Shown here: piece by piece, positions 36,288 through 46,092 of the stretch
Layout: each line of letters opens with the position of its first letter
How positions within the stretch are numbered: the first letter of the stretch is position 1
Assembly (NCBI GenBank): GCA_965116865.1
Contig: OZ220727.1
Location: 2,372,798 to 2,436,797 of the forward strand
DNA length: 64,000 nt
Origin: Acidimicrobiales bacterium
GTDB lineage: Bacteria; Actinomycetota; Acidimicrobiia; Acidimicrobiales; Aldehydirespiratoraceae
Direction of reading: 5' to 3'
The notes under the pieces: generated by a model
Database searches by the model: none
Told to the model about the DNA's origin: nothing
Seen by the model: the letters and a program-made list of their open reading frames with translations, nothing else
Made by a program: the position numbers and the translations under genes

Positions 36288-36783
36288 GTGTTGCCACCAG
36301 TCGTCGAAGGTGCGTCGCGATCTCTGTTGCGCGGCGACGCCGCGGGGGAACCACGCCAGTTCGCGGTCGCCGCCAGCGGCCGCGGAACGGTAGTCGACAC
36401 CGTCGAGGACCGCTGTGCCGATGGGCTGGCAGGTGCTGTGGGGTATGAGGCTGCCGTCGGCGGTGTGGGGGTAGGTGTGGGGCAGCCCGAGAGATGCGAG
36501 TCCGTCATCGGAGTTTGCGTCGGCCGCCTGCCCGGCGGGCACGGTGACCTCTACAAGCACGGGCGCGGTCGCAGGGTCGAGATCCTCTGGACCGTAGGCC
36601 AGCCCCGCGAAGCGGCGCGACGTTGGCCCGGGCAGTGGCTTCGTCTCGGTTCAGGTACAGGCACTGCATCTGTGGCGGGTTCCAGCGCTGGCCCCGCGAG
36701 GCGGCATAGGACGGGTCCAGCGGATCGTCCCATTCGGGTTCGACGACGCGGCAGTAGATGCCGGCGATCGCGACAGTCAGCAC
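36285..36783 (-). pseudogene. RES-domain toxin, frameshifted near 36600
   Basis: The N-terminal frame reads YCRVVEPEWDDPLDPSYAASRGQRWNPPQMQCLYL. The C-terminal frame reads AYGPEDLDPATAPVLVEVTVP...IGTAVLDGVDYRSAAAGGDRELAWF. Confidence 0.65.
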
Positions 36784-36786
36784 GGC

Positions 36787-37164
36787 TCAGGCGACACGCG
36801 TGTAGTCGAAGCTGTCCTTGACGGATCGCAGCAGCCACTCATGGTCATCGTCGGCGATTACCTCGAGCATGCTGCGCCCGTCGTAGCCGTCGGCGCGGCG
36901 ACGCACGACCACCGCTGCGGTCCCGTCTCGAAGCCGGTAGCTGAGGATGTCCGCGATCTCTGCCAGAGCGCCGATCTTGGCGATGCGATCAGCAGGCGGC
37001 CCTGCCAGCAGCCACTTCTCGACGGCCTGGCGCTTCACGCCCATCAGCTCCGCGATGTCGCTGCTCGACAAGTCCAGCGTCGTCATAGCCCGACGCAGCG
37101 CAGAAGCGCTGCGAGCCGCGCTCAACGACGCTCTCCGAGAGACCGTCGCGCCTTCATCCATCAT
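36787..37164 (-). CDS. Xre-like antitoxin of the MbcA/ParS (DUF2384) type
   Basis: HTH DIAELMGVKRQAVEKWLL followed by the DUF2384-like tail GRSMLEVIADDDHEWLLRSVKDSF. Lies directly upstream of the RES gene. Confidence 0.75.
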   Translation of the reverse strand: MMDEGATVSRRASLSAARSASALRRAMTTLDLSSSDIAELMGVKRQAVEKWLLAGPPADRIAKIGALAEIADILSYRLRDGTAAVVVRRRADGYDGRSMLEVIADDDHEWLLRSVKDSFDYTRVA

Positions 37165-37210
37165 CTAGTGAATCCCATCGTGTCGTAGGGGTTCAGTATG
37201 GTGCGCTTCG

Positions 37211-38305
37211 GTGGCTGAGCGGGCTGGCAGCGGTGCGTTGAAGCGGCGAAGAACCCGCAACCAGACGCGCCCTACGACGCCAACAGCCACGGGCCGGCCG
37301 GTTCGCGGGGAACCTCGCCATGTCGCAGGGTTCGATGTCGCTGGCGCCCTCCAGCGAGGGCTGCCTGTTGATGAACTCGCGAAGCTCAAGGCCCAGAGCC
37401 GCTATCTAGGTTCTTATGCATGGGAGCTGGGCCTGGACCCCCATGATCTGTGCCCGTTGTGTGGGGAGATGTTCGGCGGGTGGTGCCTTCACGCTGATCA
37501 TGTGATGCCTGAGCACTTCGGGGCGCTATATCGCATCGACGGTGCGTGGCGGGCGGTGCGCGACGCCGAAGATGTCCCAGCGGGTGCCGGGGTCTTCCAC
37601 GCGGTGCAGTGCGCCGCCTACGCGCACGCGCCGTGCAACCTTCGAAAGGGCCGCACCGCCGACGTGTCTGCTTGGCGATTGACGGGGATGGCGCCGCTGA
37701 TAGTGGCGGAATCGGATGCGGGAGAGGCGGTGGCGGTCCCCGGTCCGGTGATCGTGGCCGCAGAGCCGCGAACACCCGAGCAGCGAGCCGCTGAGGCTCT
37801 GGGCCTGCAGCACGCCAAGACCGCCAGCGGCGGCGTGCGCGGCCGGCGTCTCAGCATCGAGGAACGCAACCGCGAGGCCCAGCTGGCCCAGCAGGCCCTC
37901 GCCGCGCACCAACAACGCCGTGTTAGCCAGCAGCGCGCATTGCCCGCACCCAGCACGACATGGGCCTTCTCACAACAACGTCGCAAGCTGGCGCGAGCTC
38001 GACGTCGAGGCGACCGGAGCATCTTGTGCAACTTCACCGGACAGGACCGCCCGAAGTTGTGTGTCGGCAACGGGCCCCGGGAGTGCTGGTGCGCCAGAGT
38101 GCGCCCCGAGGCAGCAGACCGCCTCATCGCCGCGTTCGGAGCTGAGAGGGCGCTCGAGATACTCGTCGAGGACCCGCCCAGGCCAATGCAGGCCCTAGCC
38201 GGCATCCGCGACAATGCCGCCAAGGTCGCGCCTGGCGGAGTGTTCCGGCCGTCGGAGTTCTGCAACAGCGCAAGGGAGCCTGCAGAAGCTGATCGAGGCA
38301 GATGA
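37211..38305 (+). CDS. HNH-motif nuclease domain protein with an uncharacterised C-terminal half
   Basis: CPLCGEMFGGWCLHADHVMPEH...HAPCNLRKG. The start codon is uncertain. Confidence 0.55.
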   Translation: MAERAGSGALKRRRTRNQTRPTTPTATGRPVRGEPRHVAGFDVAGALQRGLPVDELAKLKAQSRYLGSYAWELGLDPHDLCPLCGEMFGGWCLHADHVMPEHFGALYRIDGAWRAVRDAEDVPAGAGVFHAVQCAAYAHAPCNLRKGRTADVSAWRLTGMAPLIVAESDAGEAVAVPGPVIVAAEPRTPEQRAAEALGLQHAKTASGGVRGRRLSIEERNREAQLAQQALAAHQQRRVSQQRALPAPSTTWAFSQQRRKLARARRRGDRSILCNFTGQDRPKLCVGNGPRECWCARVRPEAADRLIAAFGAERALEILVEDPPRPMQALAGIRDNAAKVAPGGVFRPSEFCNSAREPAEADRGR

Positions 38306-38464
38306 GTGATCAGGATTCGTGGGCCGCTAGGAGACCTTGCTCCCCTGGGTCGCGGGCTAGCGGGCTGTTTCCCCGCGATGGGAGTCGCTGCTTGCGACCC
38401 GTTTCGGGTGCCGCCGGTAGGTTGCACCGGGCGCATGCCATGGGTGCACCTCGTGGCTGCGCTG

Positions 38465-41400
38465 TCACCTCGGTACGGCTCCGCCTCTTGGCACGGTGTC
38501 GGACAGCACTACGTCGGCGAGTTGATCGATCGTGCAGAAGGGAACTTCCGCGCTCTGTACGTACGCGGCTGGCTCGGGGGTAACGGTCACCATCAGGCCG
38601 ATGACGGTCCATGATCGTGTAGGCCTGTCAGCACCAAGGCGAGCCGCGATGTCGGCGGCGTTTCGGTGGACATCGTTCACCTTGTGGATGAGCTTGTCGA
38701 CGAAGGCTCCTTCATGCATGAACTTGTTGATGTTGCGGCGCAGAGACCGCGACGAGAACGGCATCGCAAGGTCCTTGGCCTCGATGACCCAGATTCGGGA
38801 GGTCTGAGGGTCGACGCAGAGCACGTCGATCTCGCCGTACAGTTCGTCGATGCCGTATTGGTGCGCCTTCAACGGCTCGATGTTGCTGCGGGTGATCAGC
38901 CTGGATTCTGAGAGCACCCTCACGCATTCGTCCTCGAACGCTTTGGCGACCCCTTGGCGGTATCGGTTCAGAGCCTTACAGACCTCGCTCGGCAGTACCC
39001 GATCTGGCCAAGGCAGTCGCCCCTCAACCAGATAGTTGCGCAAGATTCTCGCCGAGAACTGCGAGGTCCACGGCAAGATATAGATCCCGGTCGCGCCTTC
39101 TATGAACGGTCTTGTGATCACTCTTGCCGCTCGATGTTCGAGTTCCCAATGTTCGATCATGCCGTTGCGGGCATCAGCTAGCAGGCCGGCCCTGTGCAGG
39201 GTCAACCACTCCAACGCCCTCGCATGCTCGTCTCGTGACGCAAGAGGAAATGATGGCGCCAGTCTGTCGAGGAACGCTTCGGCGCTCACGTGAGCGATGT
39301 AGGTCGAAGTGGAGACCTCCCACTCGCACGCCATGTTGAGCACGCCTCGCAGCGCATCAAGGCCGAATCCCAGTGTTGCGTTGAGTTCTCGGTCGACATC
39401 GGCCAAGTCAGGCACCTGGTCGATCAGCGGCAGCGGCTGGATGTCTTCTGGTTCAGGCAGATGCGCCTCTGAGGATCCCATAGGCACCGCTTCGGGAAGC
39501 ATCACCGCTTTGCGCGCTTCCTGGTATGCATGAATGTCGACCTCAGGGAACCTGGCATCTAGGTCGATGCGGTAGTGGTCACTGATCGTCATCGTTGGAT
39601 CGGCCAGATGCAAGTAGATCGACTCGCTGCGCAGGCTCGACTCGACACATAGCTGGGCGACGCTGAGGAGTTCGATCCATCCGAGCCTGTCGGGCGACGA
39701 TTCGCCTTGCGGGGTTTGGGCGAGTGCCTCTTCGACGATGAGCGTGACGCACTTTGTCAGGATCGTCAGCCGGTCTTCTTCTGAACGCTCCTCGTGCGCG
39801 TCGCTGTCGAAGGTGCCCCGTCGCCATGCGATCCGATGCTGGTTGACCAGCCGGTGGTGGTTGGCGCGTTCCAGCTGAGACAACGCGTACTCGATCATCT
39901 CCTCATGTCGGTAACGCGCCAGCAGGGTGTGGAGCTCCTCGAGCAGCCACGGATATATGACGTCGGACTCGATGCGAACCGTCTCGCGGCGACCGTAGCT
40001 CCCCGGCTCGACCCACCCAGCCAGGTATCTGCTCAAGCGGCGCCGGACATCGTTCAATTGCGAGTCATGCGGTTCGATGGCAGGAGGCAGCTCAAAGGCG
40101 TCCTGCACGTATGGCATGCCGTCCACTCGAACAGCCGGCGGAGCGGTGTCCCAGTCCTGTTTGAAGCGCGTCGTAGCGTCAGATTGGGCCAGAGCATCAG
40201 CGACCATGTGACCGATGGCTGATTCCACCTCGACTGAGTCCTGCAGCAGCGCTGGCAGCAGGAGTTCGCTGCATGAGAGCCGAATGACAGAATCAGGGAA
40301 CAGTTCGAGGACCAAGGCGTCATCTGTGTCGCTGGTGTGCCCAATTTCGAAGATCAGGTGTGTAAGGCCCGCAGCGTGTCCCATGGCCAGAAAGGAACGC
40401 TTCGTGTCCTTGAGCTTCGCCGACAGGATCTTCGATAATGCCCACAACGGATCGGTCTCGCGAAATGGCCCGCGCTGGTCACACATCGACACAGCCACCG
40501 GAAGCTCCCAGGCCAGAATTCGATACATCCGTGATTCCGCGGCGTCGCCCACGACGGACTCTTCGGGGTAGTGCCACACGATCGGCAAGTCGGACAGTCC
40601 GGGGAATCCCAGCCGCAGCAGCGCCCGTTCCAGCACCGAGGCGTCGGCTGCGTCGGTCCATTCGGATCTTGTGATGCGAGGATCGACCGATATCAGACCT
40701 AGAGCGACCGCAGCGGTAGGGAAGGACCTGCCACGACCAGTCCAGATCATCCACAGAGGAGCCAGGTTCAATGACCATATGGCGCTGGAGCTCCTGAGAT
40801 GCGAATAGTCTCGCAAGAAGAACCAAAGGTCCGGCGGGCGAGAAGACGTGGACCTGGCGATGTTTTTGAGGTCCGTCAGCGTTGCTCTCGGGTACTTGCT
40901 GATAGGGCCGAGCCCAGCCACCCCCGGCGCGGCAGCGACCTGCAACATGACAATGTCAGCGTCGTCGTCGACTCGATCCAGACCGTCAGCCGCCGTCACT
41001 GCGGCACCGGGCACAACAGTGTCGAGACTGGCGTCGCTGGAATCGAGCGCCCTGTCGAGACCTTCCTGGGTCAACGCTGCGGCGACATCTGTCACGAGAA
41101 GCTGAGTAGGCGAGTACTGCGTCACCGAGTGAACTTTGCACGTCGGGGATACCGCTACGGGCCCGGTGATCGGATGAGCCGAACCCGCGAGCATGTGGCC
41201 GACATGGTCACTCACAAGTGACCGCCAACGCGTCTCGGCGTCGCTGCTGAGCTGCGCTGCGAGTTCGGCGAGACGCACACCGCAAGCGACCAGCGCCTCC
41301 AACAGCAGCCCTCCCGGTACTGGCGCCCACTCCTCGGCGCCCGGCCGCACGCAGATCGTGTCGGCGAACACAGACACCGGATCATCAAGCCCGCAAGCCA

Positions 41401-42061
41401 GTTCGCCGGGAGACACCGAATGCGCCAGCAACGCCTCGCGTACCCTATCTGGCGCCTCGCACGCATCGACCTGGGCGAAGATGCCCTCGATTCGGCTGGC
41501 GGCCTCGAATTCGTCGTTGGTGATGTAGGCGGGCGAGCCCGGTTCAGGCATCTCGTCGTCGGGCCAAGAAGCCGACAGCACACCGGCAATGTGGTTCATC
41601 CGTCGCAAGGCCAACTCGATCAGGTCACCGAGTCCGTAGCCCTGGTGATCCACGAGCACCGGATCTATCGCATCCGCCAACAGGCTGAGTTCGTCGATCG
41701 CCGCGATAGGGCGGTCCAAGAACCCGGGCAGCAGCCGGTGCAGCTCTCCGTTCCATCGCACCACAGCACCCGCTCGAACATCGCACGGCTGGTCTTCCTC
41801 CAGCGTCTGCAGTTGCGGCTCCGACTCGTGAGCTGCAGCCACCAACACCGGAAGCAGCGGAGGATCGGCTGGCCGGCCCTCAACGCTGGCGCGGTTGGCC
41901 ACGGCATGGAACACCACCGCGAGGCTCGGGATGCGGTGACTCGCCGTCGGCGATGAACACGCAGCCTCAAGCAACGCCAACAGCGAGGCCCGTGACACGC
42001 CGGTCATCGCACGCTCAACAGGTTTCAGACGCCGCCTTCGTCGACTCCTTCTCCAATTCAT
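38465..42061 (-). CDS. Large (1198 aa) uncharacterised protein with a C-terminal PD-(D/E)xK nuclease-like motif
   Basis: The start is taken at MNWRR (ATG 42061); an alternative is MTGVS at 42007. The C-terminus has FEDECV...GEIDVLCVDPQTSRIWVIEAKDL. No Walker A was seen. GC is lower than the flanks by eye. Confidence 0.7.
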   Translation of the reverse strand: MNWRRSRRRRRLKPVERAMTGVSRASLLALLEAACSSPTASHRIPSLAVVFHAVANRASVEGRPADPPLLPVLVAAAHESEPQLQTLEEDQPCDVRAGAVVRWNGELHRLLPGFLDRPIAAIDELSLLADAIDPVLVDHQGYGLGDLIELALRRMNHIAGVLSASWPDDEMPEPGSPAYITNDEFEAASRIEGIFAQVDACEAPDRVREALLAHSVSPGELACGLDDPVSVFADTICVRPGAEEWAPVPGGLLLEALVACGVRLAELAAQLSSDAETRWRSLVSDHVGHMLAGSAHPITGPVAVSPTCKVHSVTQYSPTQLLVTDVAAALTQEGLDRALDSSDASLDTVVPGAAVTAADGLDRVDDDADIVMLQVAAAPGVAGLGPISKYPRATLTDLKNIARSTSSRPPDLWFFLRDYSHLRSSSAIWSLNLAPLWMIWTGRGRSFPTAAVALGLISVDPRITRSEWTDAADASVLERALLRLGFPGLSDLPIVWHYPEESVVGDAAESRMYRILAWELPVAVSMCDQRGPFRETDPLWALSKILSAKLKDTKRSFLAMGHAAGLTHLIFEIGHTSDTDDALVLELFPDSVIRLSCSELLLPALLQDSVEVESAIGHMVADALAQSDATTRFKQDWDTAPPAVRVDGMPYVQDAFELPPAIEPHDSQLNDVRRRLSRYLAGWVEPGSYGRRETVRIESDVIYPWLLEELHTLLARYRHEEMIEYALSQLERANHHRLVNQHRIAWRRGTFDSDAHEERSEEDRLTILTKCVTLIVEEALAQTPQGESSPDRLGWIELLSVAQLCVESSLRSESIYLHLADPTMTISDHYRIDLDARFPEVDIHAYQEARKAVMLPEAVPMGSSEAHLPEPEDIQPLPLIDQVPDLADVDRELNATLGFGLDALRGVLNMACEWEVSTSTYIAHVSAEAFLDRLAPSFPLASRDEHARALEWLTLHRAGLLADARNGMIEHWELEHRAARVITRPFIEGATGIYILPWTSQFSARILRNYLVEGRLPWPDRVLPSEVCKALNRYRQGVAKAFEDECVRVLSESRLITRSNIEPLKAHQYGIDELYGEIDVLCVDPQTSRIWVIEAKDLAMPFSSRSLRRNINKFMHEGAFVDKLIHKVNDVHRNAADIAARLGADRPTRSWTVIGLMVTVTPEPAAYVQSAEVPFCTIDQLADVVLSDTVPRGGAVPR

Positions 42062-42337
42062 GTCCTCAACCCTCGAACCAAACGAAGCCCCCCGAAGCCA
42101 ACCCACAGCGTAGACAGCCCCTGTGACCCCACAGGCAGCGCCCATACTTGATCGCCGCGCAGGTGGGCGTTCACAACCTATGACCCGGATCGGCCCACCC
42201 CCGTGGAGGAGTGCGCCGCTTCCGGACGGCGCGTGCACCGACCACCGCCCGTCGATCCTCAAGCCGTGCCGTACCTGCAAGCACCCACGGGGCCTCATCC
42301 CCGCCGACGGCCGCCATATGGATAACGTCACCCGGTC

Positions 42338-42799
42338 GTGAACCCCGTCGACGTCTACACCGACGGCGCGTGCCGCAAGAACCCTGGCCCCGGCGGATGG
42401 GCGTGGCTGGTTCCCGGCGGCCGCTGGGCTACCGGATGCAAACAGCACACCACCAACCAACAGATGGAACTCGCCGCGGTCCTCGAAGCGGTCAGGACCC
42501 ATCCCGATGACCCGCTGCGCATCCATTCCGACTCGCAGTACGTCGTTCACGGCATCAACCACGGCCGGTACAAGCGCTGGCTCAAACAGAACTGGCACAA
42601 CAGCAAACGCAAGCCCGTAGCGAACCGCGACCTGTGGGAACCGCTGATCGAGCTGTGGCTGCCCCGCCGCAGCGAGGTGGCCTTCGTGTGGATACCGGGC
42701 CACGCCGGGAACCGTCACAACGAACTCGCCGACAAGCTGGCCTGCCGGGCAGCCGACACCCAACAGCCCGCCACCGGGATGAACAGCACAACCGCCTAG
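42338..42799 (+). CDS. rnhA: Ribonuclease HI
   Basis: VYTDGAC, TNQQMELAAV, IHSDSQYV and HNELADKLA supply the DEDD residues. The stop codon lies at the IS630 junction. Confidence 0.85.
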   Translation: MNPVDVYTDGACRKNPGPGGWAWLVPGGRWATGCKQHTTNQQMELAAVLEAVRTHPDDPLRIHSDSQYVVHGINHGRYKRWLKQNWHNSKRKPVANRDLWEPLIELWLPRRSEVAFVWIPGHAGNRHNELADKLACRAADTQQPATGMNSTTA

Positions 42800-43955
42800 T
42801 GCATGCTCGCGGTAGTCGTATGGCTGTGTTGGGGTCGGGTTATGACTGTTCCTAGGACTTTGAAGGTGTGCGAGGCTGATCGGGCGGTGCTGGAGGCGCG
42901 GGTGGCTGCGTCGACGACGCCGCGGCGGGATTGGCAGCGTGCCAAGGTGGTGCTGATGGCCGCTGAGGGGCTGTCGTCTCCGGTGATCGGCAAGGCGGTG
43001 GGCCTGAACCGCAACCAGGTGGACGTGTGGCGGCGCCGCTACGGCGAGGCGGGCCTGGGCGGGCTCGCGGACCGGCCGCGCTCGGGCCGGCCGCGTGTGT
43101 ATGGGCCCGCGGAGAGGCTGGCTTTGGTCAAGACGATCACGACGCGGCCCCCCGAGGCGGGCCAGCTCGGCGGGCGGCGGCTCAAGGCCCGCATGTCGAT
43201 GCCCGAGGTCGGCCGGATCATGCGCGAGGACCTCGCCATCGCGATCTCGGACTCGCAGGTGTGGCGGATCTGCACCTCGATGGGCCTCAAGCCGCAGCAG
43301 GCGCGCTCGTGGACGGCCTCCCATGACGCAGACTTCGACGCCGAGGCCGCCGACGTCTGCGGGCTGTGCCTCGACCCGCGGGACAACTGGGCGGTGTTCA
43401 GCGTCGACGAGAAGACCGCCATACAGGCCAAGAGCCGCGTCGGCGCGGCCCGCCCGGCGCGGCCCGCCGACGGCGCCGCCGCCGGGCGGGTCGCCCGACA
43501 GGAGTTCGAGTACCGCCGCCACGGCACCAAGGCACTGTTCGCCGCGTTCGAGTGCGCCACCGGCGAAGTCGTCGCCGCGCCCACAGACTCGGTCCGCTCG
43601 GACAACTTCGTGGCGTTCCTCGCCGAGCTGGACTCCATGGTGCCCGCCCACCTCGAGCTGCGCTGCATCGTCGACAACCCCGCCACCCACTGCACCGCCG
43701 CCGTCGAGGAGTTCCTCGACGGCCACCACCGCGTGTTCCTGCACCGCACCCCCACCCACGCATCCTGGCTCAACCAGATCGAGATGTGGTTCTCCATCCT
43801 CACCCGACAACTCCCCGACACAGCCGAGTTCGCCCACACCAGCGACCTCGCCGGAGCCATCCTCGACCACATCGACGACTACAACAACCGGGCCAAACCC
43901 TTCAAATGGACCTACCACCCAAACCAACAGCCACAGAACTTACGCGCGTGACCAC
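42799..43955 (+). mobile_element. IS630-family element, type A, copy 1
   Basis: Bounded by TA at 42797-42798 and 43956-43957. The ends are GTGCATGCTCGCGGTA and TACGCGCGTGACCAC. It is near-identical to 45121 onward. Confidence 0.8.
42803..43951 (+). CDS. IS630-family DDE transposase (type A)
   Basis: HTH region followed by SVDEKTAIQA, CIVDNPATH and ASWLNQIEMWF. The probable start is MTVPRTL at 42842. Confidence 0.85.
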   Translation: MLAVVVWLCWGRVMTVPRTLKVCEADRAVLEARVAASTTPRRDWQRAKVVLMAAEGLSSPVIGKAVGLNRNQVDVWRRRYGEAGLGGLADRPRSGRPRVYGPAERLALVKTITTRPPEAGQLGGRRLKARMSMPEVGRIMREDLAIAISDSQVWRICTSMGLKPQQARSWTASHDADFDAEAADVCGLCLDPRDNWAVFSVDEKTAIQAKSRVGAARPARPADGAAAGRVARQEFEYRRHGTKALFAAFECATGEVVAAPTDSVRSDNFVAFLAELDSMVPAHLELRCIVDNPATHCTAAVEEFLDGHHRVFLHRTPTHASWLNQIEMWFSILTRQLPDTAEFAHTSDLAGAILDHIDDYNNRAKPFKWTYHPNQQPQNLRA

Positions 43956-45055
43956 TAGTGTCCCGAGTCAGGAATTCGTTGGAGATATGTTGCCGGGTTG
44001 TGGAGTATCTCGTCGGCGCTCTTGTGCCATGTGAACGGGCGAGGGTTGTGGTTCCGGTGGTCGATCCGGTGCTGGATGGAGCCGGTGAGTTCTTTGGTGC
44101 TGGTGTGGGTGCCGCGGCGGATCCATTTGGTGGTGGGCTCGGCGAACCAGCGCTCGACGAGGTTCGTCCACGAGCTGTGGGTGGGGGTGAGGTGGAAGCT
44201 GAAGCGGGGGTGGCGCAGCAGCCGGCGCTGTATGGCGGGGGTCTTGTGGGTGGAGGAGTTGTCCAGCACGACATGTGCCTTGGGGCCCTCGGGGGCTTCG
44301 CTGTCGATGAGGTCCAGGAACTTGCGGAACTCGATGGCGCGGCGGCGCGCGGTCATCGAGGAGATGGCTTTGCCCGAGGCGGCGTCGAGCGCCGCGTGGA
44401 GGTTGGTGGTGCCGAAGCGGCGGTAGTCGTGGGTTCGGCGCTGGGGCACACCCGGCATCAAGGCAAGCACCGGCGCGGCGCGGTCGAGAGCCTGGATCCG
44501 GGTCTTGTCGTCCGCGCAGAGCACCACCGCTGCCTCCGGCGGGTTCAAGCACAGCCCGGCGACGTCGCGCGCCTTGTCGATGAACTGGGGGTCCGGCGAC
44601 ACCTTGAACTCCTCCACGCCATGGGGCCTGAGCCCGAAGGCCCGCCACATCCTCGAGACCGTCGACTGCGACAGCGCCACCTGCGCGGCCATCGAGCGCG
44701 TCGACCAGTGCGTCGCGCCCTCAGGAGCCGACTCCAGCGTCTTGACGATCACCTCCTGCACCTTGTCGTCGCTCACCGTGCGCGGCGCGCCCGGACGCGG
44801 CTCGTCGCAGAGCCCGCCCAACCCGCGCCCCGCGAACCGGCGCCGCCACTTCGACACCGTCGCCTCGCTGCACCCCAGCGACACCGCGATCGACTCGTTC
44901 GTCTCCCCCGCGGCCGCGCCCAGCACTATCCGGCACCGCAGCGCCAGAGCCTGCGACGACTTCGGGCGCCGCGCCCACCGCTCCAGCGTCTCGCGCTGCT
45001 CATCGGCGAGCACCACCTCCACCCCACGACGGCCCCTAGCCACCACTGCCTCCAA
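43955..45055 (-). CDS. IS630-family DDE transposase (type B)
   Basis: 366 aa; CADDKTRIQALDR, VVLDNSSTHK, and SSWTNLVERWF. Confidence 0.85.
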   Translation of the reverse strand: MEAVVARGRRGVEVVLADEQRETLERWARRPKSSQALALRCRIVLGAAAGETNESIAVSLGCSEATVSKWRRRFAGRGLGGLCDEPRPGAPRTVSDDKVQEVIVKTLESAPEGATHWSTRSMAAQVALSQSTVSRMWRAFGLRPHGVEEFKVSPDPQFIDKARDVAGLCLNPPEAAVVLCADDKTRIQALDRAAPVLALMPGVPQRRTHDYRRFGTTNLHAALDAASGKAISSMTARRRAIEFRKFLDLIDSEAPEGPKAHVVLDNSSTHKTPAIQRRLLRHPRFSFHLTPTHSSWTNLVERWFAEPTTKWIRRGTHTSTKELTGSIQHRIDHRNHNPRPFTWHKSADEILHNPATYLQRIPDSGH

Positions 45056-45118
45056 TCACCGCCCGCATCCACACCAACCATACCACAACCAACCCCAATA
45101 ACTAAAGACTCAGGACAC
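43958..45118 (-). mobile_element. IS630-family element, type B, copy 1
   Basis: IRs are GTGTCCCGAGTC and GACTCAGGACAC. It shares single TA dinucleotides with both flanking type-A copies. Confidence 0.8.
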
Positions 45119-46092
45119 TAGTGCATGCTCGCGGTAGTCATATGGCTGTGTTAGGGTCGGGTTATGACTGTTCCTAGGACTTTGAAGGTGTGCGAGGCTG
45201 ATCGGGCGGTGCTGGAGGCGCGGGTGGCTGCGTCGACGACGCCGCGGCGGGATTGGCAGCGTGCCAAGGTGGTGCTGATGGCCGCTGAGGGGCTGTCGTC
45301 TCCGGTGATCGGCAAGGCGGTGGGCCTGAACCGCAACCAGGTGGACGTGTGGCGGCGCCGCTACGGCGAGGCGGGCCTGGGCGGGCTCGCGGACCGGCCG
45401 CGCTCGGGCCGGCCGCGTGTGTATGGGCCCGCGGAGAGGCTGGCTTTGGTCAAGACGATCACGACGCGGCCCCCCGAGGCGGGCCAGCTCGGCGGGCGGC
45501 GGCTCAAGGCCCGCATGTCGATGCCCGAGGTCGGCCGGATCATGCGCGAGGACCTCGCCATCGCGATCTCGGACTCGCAGGTGTGGCGGATCTGCACCTC
45601 GATGGGCCTCAAGCCGCAGCAGGCGCGCTCGTGGACGGCCTCCCATGACGCAGACTTCGACGCCGAGGCCGCCGACGTCTGCGGGCTGTGCCTCGACCCG
45701 CGGGACAACTGGGCGGTGTTCAGCGTCGACGAGAAGACCGCCATACAGGCCAAGAGCCGCGTCGGCGCGACCCGCCCGGCGCGGCCCGCCGACGGCGCCG
45801 CCGCCGGGCGGGTCGCCCGACAGGAGTTCGAGTACCGCCGCCACGGCACCAAGGCACTGTTCGCCGCGTTCGAGTGCGCCACCGGCGAAGTCGTCGCCGC
45901 GCCCACAGACTCGGTCCGCTCGGACAACTTCGTGGCGTTCCTCGCCGAGCTGGACTCCATGGTGCCCGCCCACCTCGAGCTGCGCTGCATCGTCGACAAC
46001 CTCGCCACCCACTGCACCGCCGCCGTCGAGGAGTTCCTCGACGGCCACCACCGCGTGTTCCTGCACCGCACCCCCACCCACGCATCCTGGCT

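Noticed and set aside
38465-43927. A 1820-aa ORF in the track, which would be a giant single protein.
   Set aside because: The first ~620 codons run antisense to the IS630 transposase and rnhA. Stop-poor antisense frames are typical of high-GC DNA. The real gene is trimmed to 38465-42061.
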